Below are positions 58,755 through 64,000 of a stretch of 64,000 bases of DNA, piece after piece. This DNA comes from Amoebidium appalachense (taxonomy: Eukaryota; Protista; Ichthyosporea). The DNA lies in contig CAVNZM010000016.1 of assembly GCA_963693365.1 (NCBI GenBank), forward strand, positions 398,595 to 462,594. Reading direction: 5' to 3'. Position numbers and translations under genes: made by a program. A model generated the notes under the pieces. That model saw only the letters and a program-made list of their open reading frames with translations. It was not told the DNA's origin and did not search any database. Within the stretch, counting starts at the first letter, position 1. Each line of letters begins with the position of its first letter.

Positions 58755-60285
58755 GGTCCCCCTCTCCCCCTCCCCTCCCTGATCAAATATCCTGTCCCCT
58801 TGTGAACGGGTCGAAATTCGGGTACTGTGGATGACGTGCCCCCCCCCCCCCCCCCTGAGGATGGCTCTGCATATACTATGCATACTCTTTATGTGTGGTT
58901 TGCACTCTGCATTGTGTTGTCCGTTGTTCTTGTGTACTTCGTACTTTATGCCGCATTCAACCCCCTCCCCCCCATCTCACTCCTCCCCCAAAATCCGTGC
59001 CCTGTACGCCCCCTTTTAACTCAAGTGTCTTCTGCCTGCACAACTGTTCCACTTCAATCCTATGCTTTCGCTTTGTTAGTTTGAATGGCTATGCATTCAT
59101 GTTTGGGACCCTATAATGCATACATCCCTCCCCTTTCCCCCTCTCCCTCCCCCCCCCCTCCCCCCGGCGCCCCTCTCTCCCCCCTGCCTCCCACCCACTC
59201 TCCCTTACTTCCCACCCTTAAACTCCATACACTATGGCTGTTGCATTCTCTGGAACATTTTTGCGCCTACTGCCAGCACATGTGGCACATATACACATAT
59301 GATCCCATCTGGCCCCAGTGTTCTAAAAGGATTCTTCGCATGTTCTTTATTTCCAAACAGAAGCCCCCCCCCCCCCCCCCAGTGTCCTCCCACCCTCCCA
59401 CTCTCTGACCCCCTCCTGCCTGTGGCACGTTCCGCCTCAGTACACCCACCGCAACCGTGCGCCCGCGCGCCCGTGCACACACACACACACACAAACAATA
59501 CGCACCAAGCACATCTCTCGATACGTAAGCCCTGACGTATTGTTTCATTGTTAATGATATGCCTGGCATGAAATGAACCCCACGGAATCTCAAGATTAGA
59601 TTTTAAGGACCTCGCCTGATTGGTGCTGTGTCATGCAGAACCTGATTGCAAGCATCAAGCGGAGTCAGAGTGGGCCGCAGCCAATGAACATCATGATTGC
59701 GTGGGATGAAGGGGACATACTGAGGCAGGCAGAGGGTGTGTATGTGTGTGTGGGTGTGGGTGGGTGGGTGGGTGTTTATGTGGGTAGGGAGGGGGGGGGG
59801 GAGGGGGGTGGATGTGGATGTGTGTGTGTGTGCGTGCGTGCGTGTATGTGTGTGTGGGTGTATGTGTGTGCGTGCGTCTGTGTGTTGTGTGTGTGTGGGG
59901 GGGAGGGGGGGGGGGGGGGGGGATAGGAGGGGCTGATCTCCTTGTATCCCTCTCTCTTTTGTTTTGCAGGTGTTCATATATTTGGGGGGGGGGGAGGGAG
60001 GGTGTGTGTGTGTGGGGGGGGGGGGGGGGGGGGGGAAGGGGGCTCTCTGTGTATTTTTTTTTTCCTTTCCTTGGAAGAGAGGGGGTGTGCGTGTGTGTGG
60101 GCATGGGGCAGGAAGGTCCGCGGGGGGAGGGGGGAGGGGGGAGGCAGGTCTGTTTTTTTTTTTTCGTTCTGTTGCTTGCAGGGTAGCGGGATATTGCTGT
60201 GATATTAGAAGAGAAGGGGTTGGAGATAAGGGAGAGGGGTGGGGGAGGGGAGGGTTGAAGGGTGTGTGTGTGGTGGTGGTGGTAA

Positions 60286-60322
<37 letters not shown>

Positions 60323-60393
60323 GGTTAACATAACGAAGATAGGAAGTTGAATTCCAAACCGCTTAGTGACACTTGAAAGGTTTACTATGTTTT

Positions 60394-60441
<48 letters not shown>

Positions 60442-61632
60442 CCAAATGGAGAGAGAGGGGAGGAAAAGAAAAGAAAAGGAGAAAAAGAAAAAGAAAAGAA
60501 AGGGGAAAAGAAGAGAAAGAAAAGAGAAACAGAAGACAAAAAAAGAAAAAAAAGAGCAGGAAAGGACCCACACCACACCCATATCCACCTACTGACTGTT
60601 GTGCTCACAGACCCCCCCCCCCCCCCCCCCCCCCCGCGAATACACACACACACACAAGAAGCGCACACACGCGTATGCCCCCCCCCCCCCACACACACAC
60701 ACACACACACATACACGTGTGTGCCCCCTCCCCCCCCCCTCCCCACCCCCCCACACACACACACACAGCATCCACCAAGCGCTTTGCAGAGGGGAAGCCC
60801 CTTTCCGTTTTCGACGGTGTGCCGGTAGGAGTCAAGGATGAAATTGATATGGTTAGCCCCCCCCCCCCCCCCCAACACACACACCAAGCGCACGCGTAGA
60901 CATGTACCCCACCTCGGGTGTTTACACACTATTACATTCCCCCCCCCCCCCCCCCCCCCCCCTCCCCCCATTTTCGCTTTTTTCCCCGTTTGGCTTTGGG
61001 TTTGGAAAATATAGTTTTATGTTGTGTTGTGTTGAGTCGTTTTGTTTGTGCCTCATCCAGTCTTGGGAGCATGATTCCGGCTGCTGGAAGCCGACAGCCA
61101 TTCATAATCCTAAGCCGATTTCGATCCTTGTAAGACTATTTATTTGCGATCTGATTGGTAGAAGGCAAATTGGCCAGGTGCAAGTGGCCGGAGTTTCGGG
61201 TCGATCCCTAGATTTTTTTGCCCTGCTGGTGGATTTTTTTGCAAATCTTAGAATTATAATCTAAAAGTATAATCTACTAAGTTGTAACATGCTCGCCTTG
61301 CTTACGCGAATGCTCGCTGCCGCTACACTAATAACACGATGCGGATTTGCAAAGACTTTTAGACGGATTTTTTCGGATTCTGTCTCTCGAGAAGATTTGA
61401 AATTGCAATGACGTCATTCCAAATCCTAACCCGATTCAACAGTGGCCGATTGGATGAATTTCAAATATAGCCAATCGGAAACAGTATTGAGGTCACAAAT
61501 AGACTTTCATGGCAAACCAGTCAGTTCAATTCGGGTCACACCAACAGTTTCACGTGTTCAGTAGCAGGAATTATGCTGTCTCGTCCTCCATATTTCCAAC
61601 CCATTAATGCATACATCAGCCCCTCCCCCCCC

Positions 61633-61668
<36 letters not shown>

Positions 61669-61901
61669 CCCCCTCCCTCTCTCTCTCCCTCCGCTTCACC
61701 CACCTTTCCCCATTCTTCTTTCAAATAGATCACAAACTCACAGCAAGAGAGACATTACATAAAAACATGCACCAAGAAAGGTCGATACGTTTCTAGAAGA
61801 CATATCAGACCAACACACGCGATATCTTTGAGTCCAAACAAGCAGCGGTGACACACAACTACATAAGCCTTTTTCAGACTCCCCCCTTCCGCCCCCACCC
61901 C

Positions 61902-61972
<71 letters not shown>

Positions 61973-62781
61973 TTTGGTACATTTTTCCCTCTCTAGTCCC
62001 ACACCTTCCTCCGCCCCCACCTCTCACCCCCCACCCTCCCCCTTTGGTCCTCACACTCAAGCACATTCGAACTTAGTCGACTCGGAGATGTAAACACACA
62101 GCTACATAACGAATTAGAACCCCCCTTCCCGCCCCTCTTCCCACTCCCCCCTCTCCCCCTCTCCCCTCTCCCCCCCCCTTTCCCCCCGCTCTAAACTCAT
62201 CCCCACCCTGTAATACACAAACTTTTTGTGTGTGCCTTTAATGCAATCTCTGCATTTGTGTTGTCCGTCACTTGTATTTACGTCTATGTCTGTAACTCAT
62301 TCAAACCTCCCCCTGAGGATGGGCTCTGCTTATAATGCATACTCTTTATGTATGGCTTGCATTCTGCATCGTGTTATCCGTTTGTTCTTGTGTACTTCGT
62401 ACTTTTTGACGCATTCAAACCCCCCCCCCCCCCCCCCCTTCCCCCCCTTCCCCCCCCCCTCCCCCCCCAGCTCCCCTACCCCACCACAGCAGGAACCAGT
62501 GCAGCCATGCACACACCCACACAAGATGCCACCGTCGTGAAGAAACTGAGAGAGGCCGGGGCCCTCCTTTTTGGTATTGTTTTACATCCCTTCCTCCTTT
62601 CCTCCCCCTCCCCTCCGCGCCCTCCCCCTCCTCTTCGCTCGCTCCCCCTCCCCTCCCCCTCCCCCCCCCCCCCCCCCTCCGGGCCGACTCACATACACAC
62701 ACATGTGCGTGTGCGTGTGCGCGCGCACGCACGCATGCGCACAGTCAAACAAACTCAAACACACACACACACACACAACAC

Positions 62782-62826
<45 letters not shown>

Positions 62827-63154
62827 AAGGCCCACACAGTACAACACCACCAGCGCAACTATGTCCCCCAATCCCCCCCCCTCCCCCCCCCCCCCCCCCC
62901 CCCCCCTTCCCCTCCTGTCGCCCCCATCGGATGATGGGCTCCATTGAAGCGTCATTTTCTTGCACAATTTTTTTTCTTTCGGATTTGTGATTTTTTTCCT
63001 TCGTGTCTTTTTTCAATTTCAATATCTCAACGCCCATGTTTTCCACCTTCTAACCCACACGTCCCTCCCCCCCCCAGGCAAGACGAACATGGTTGAGATT
63101 GGGGTTGGCACGATGGGAGAGAACGTTCACTATGGCTGGCCTAGGAACCCTTAC
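53458..63154 (+). CDS. FAAH: Spliced amidase-signature protein, plant-FAAH-like; continues beyond the window
   Basis: Approximate exons: 53458-53494, 55289-55389 ([13 protein letters not shown]), 56146-56228, 57948-57986, 58580-58700 ([17 protein letters not shown]), 59639-59735, 60769-60851 ([28 protein letters not shown]), 62471-62573 ([16 protein letters not shown]), 63078-63154 (GKTNMVEIG...PRNPY). Most junctions are in frame GT-AG; those around 58-59.6 kb are unresolved. Confidence 0.85.
54258..54390 (+). rRNA. Degenerate 28S (LSU) rRNA fragment, not a functional gene
   Basis: AAACGGCCTCTA..GATCTT..AAATGAGAACTTTGAAGACTGAAGTGG..GAACAGCAGT..GGGTTAGTCGATCCTAAG matches conserved eukaryotic LSU core with substitutions. 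Confidence 0.8.
58853..58966 (+). repeat. ~110-bp dispersed intronic repeat
   Basis: CCTGAGGATGG...TATGCATACTCTTTA...GTACTTCGTAC...GCATTCAA(A)CCCC; copies at ~55107, 56928 and 62310. Confidence 0.7.
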
Positions 63155-63168
63155 GTAATCGCACAGAG

Positions 63169-63205
<37 letters not shown>

Positions 63206-63482
63206 CCCCCCAAAAAGAAAATAATAATAATAATAAAGAATCAAATAAAATAAAGAAAATAAGAATTAAAGGTAAGAAGAAGACCCCCCCCCCCCCCCCC
63301 CCCCCCCCTCCGGCCACCACGACCAAAAAAGGTAGGAAGAAAGATATTAAAAGTAGAAAGAAGAAGATATCACACTTTGTTTGATATATATAGCCTCCCC
63401 CCCCCCCCCCCCCCCCCCCCCACCCCACCCCCCTCTCTCCTCCCCTCCACCCACATCCTCTCTCTTCTCTCCCCCTCTCTCT

Positions 63483-63515
<33 letters not shown>

Positions 63516-63863
63516 CCCCCCCCCCCCTCTCTCTCTCTCTCCCCCCTCCTTATCTCTATCATCTACATTTGCACCCCGTTCAAATAGAGTCATAAACTTA
63601 ATCTCACTTTCGCGGTTGTGTTTTTTTTATTTTGAGCAAAAAAAATCATCGGTGTTTTTACCCCCTTCCTAACTCTATGATTTGCATTGGGATCACAACC
63701 CTTCCGCTTTTTAATGTTTTGATTTTAAAATTTAACCACCCAATCAGAACTGGAATTACTCGTGCAGTGGCTCGTCCAATGGCAGTGCAGCGGCGGTTGC
63801 CTCCGGTCTCTGTCCCATTGCTCTGGTGGGTGGGGTTTTTTTGTTTCTGTTTTCTCTCCCCCC

Positions 63864-63899
<36 letters not shown>

Positions 63900-64000
63900 T
63901 TCTTTCTTTTTTCCTGCGTTTTTCCTTTTTTTTTTTTTCTTCTTTCTTTCTTTCTTTTTTTTTCTCTCTCTTTTTTTTTTTTTTTTTTTTGATGGTGGTG

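Overview
Eukaryotic genomic window with a sharp two-part structure. Positions 1 to ~25.4 kb are a dense, intronless, GC-rich gene cluster that looks like an endogenous giant-virus (Nucleocytoviricota-like) element. It carries a poxvirus A22/RuvC-type resolvase, a NUDIX hydrolase, Bro-N-like proteins (one fused to a DUF559-type nuclease), a putative penton, a putative clan-CE protease, an SF3 helicase, a 5-finger C2H2 protein, and several secreted or membrane Cys-rich proteins. From ~25.5 kb on it is host-type DNA rich in microsatellites and poly-C, with a spliced JmjN/JmjC (KDM4-like) demethylase, a spliced plant-FAAH-like amidase that runs off the end, non-LTR RT remnants, a PIF1/Helitron scrap and a 28S rRNA fragment. 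The top candidate novel system (15.1-20.9 kb) is a mirror-symmetric module. An SF3 helicase and a zinc-finger gene are flanked on each side by an intact PD-(D/E)XK nuclease that carries the same C-terminal winged-helix-like domain as the helicase, and then by a short, catalytically degenerate nuclease paralog. Iteron-like repeats lie on both sides of the helicase. A second candidate is a retroelement family whose 3' end is poly(A) followed by a module ending in TAAACCCC, with TSD-flanked insertions as short as 27 bp. All family calls come from recognising motifs by eye; no database search was run. Several frameshifts in homopolymers are probably sequencing errors.
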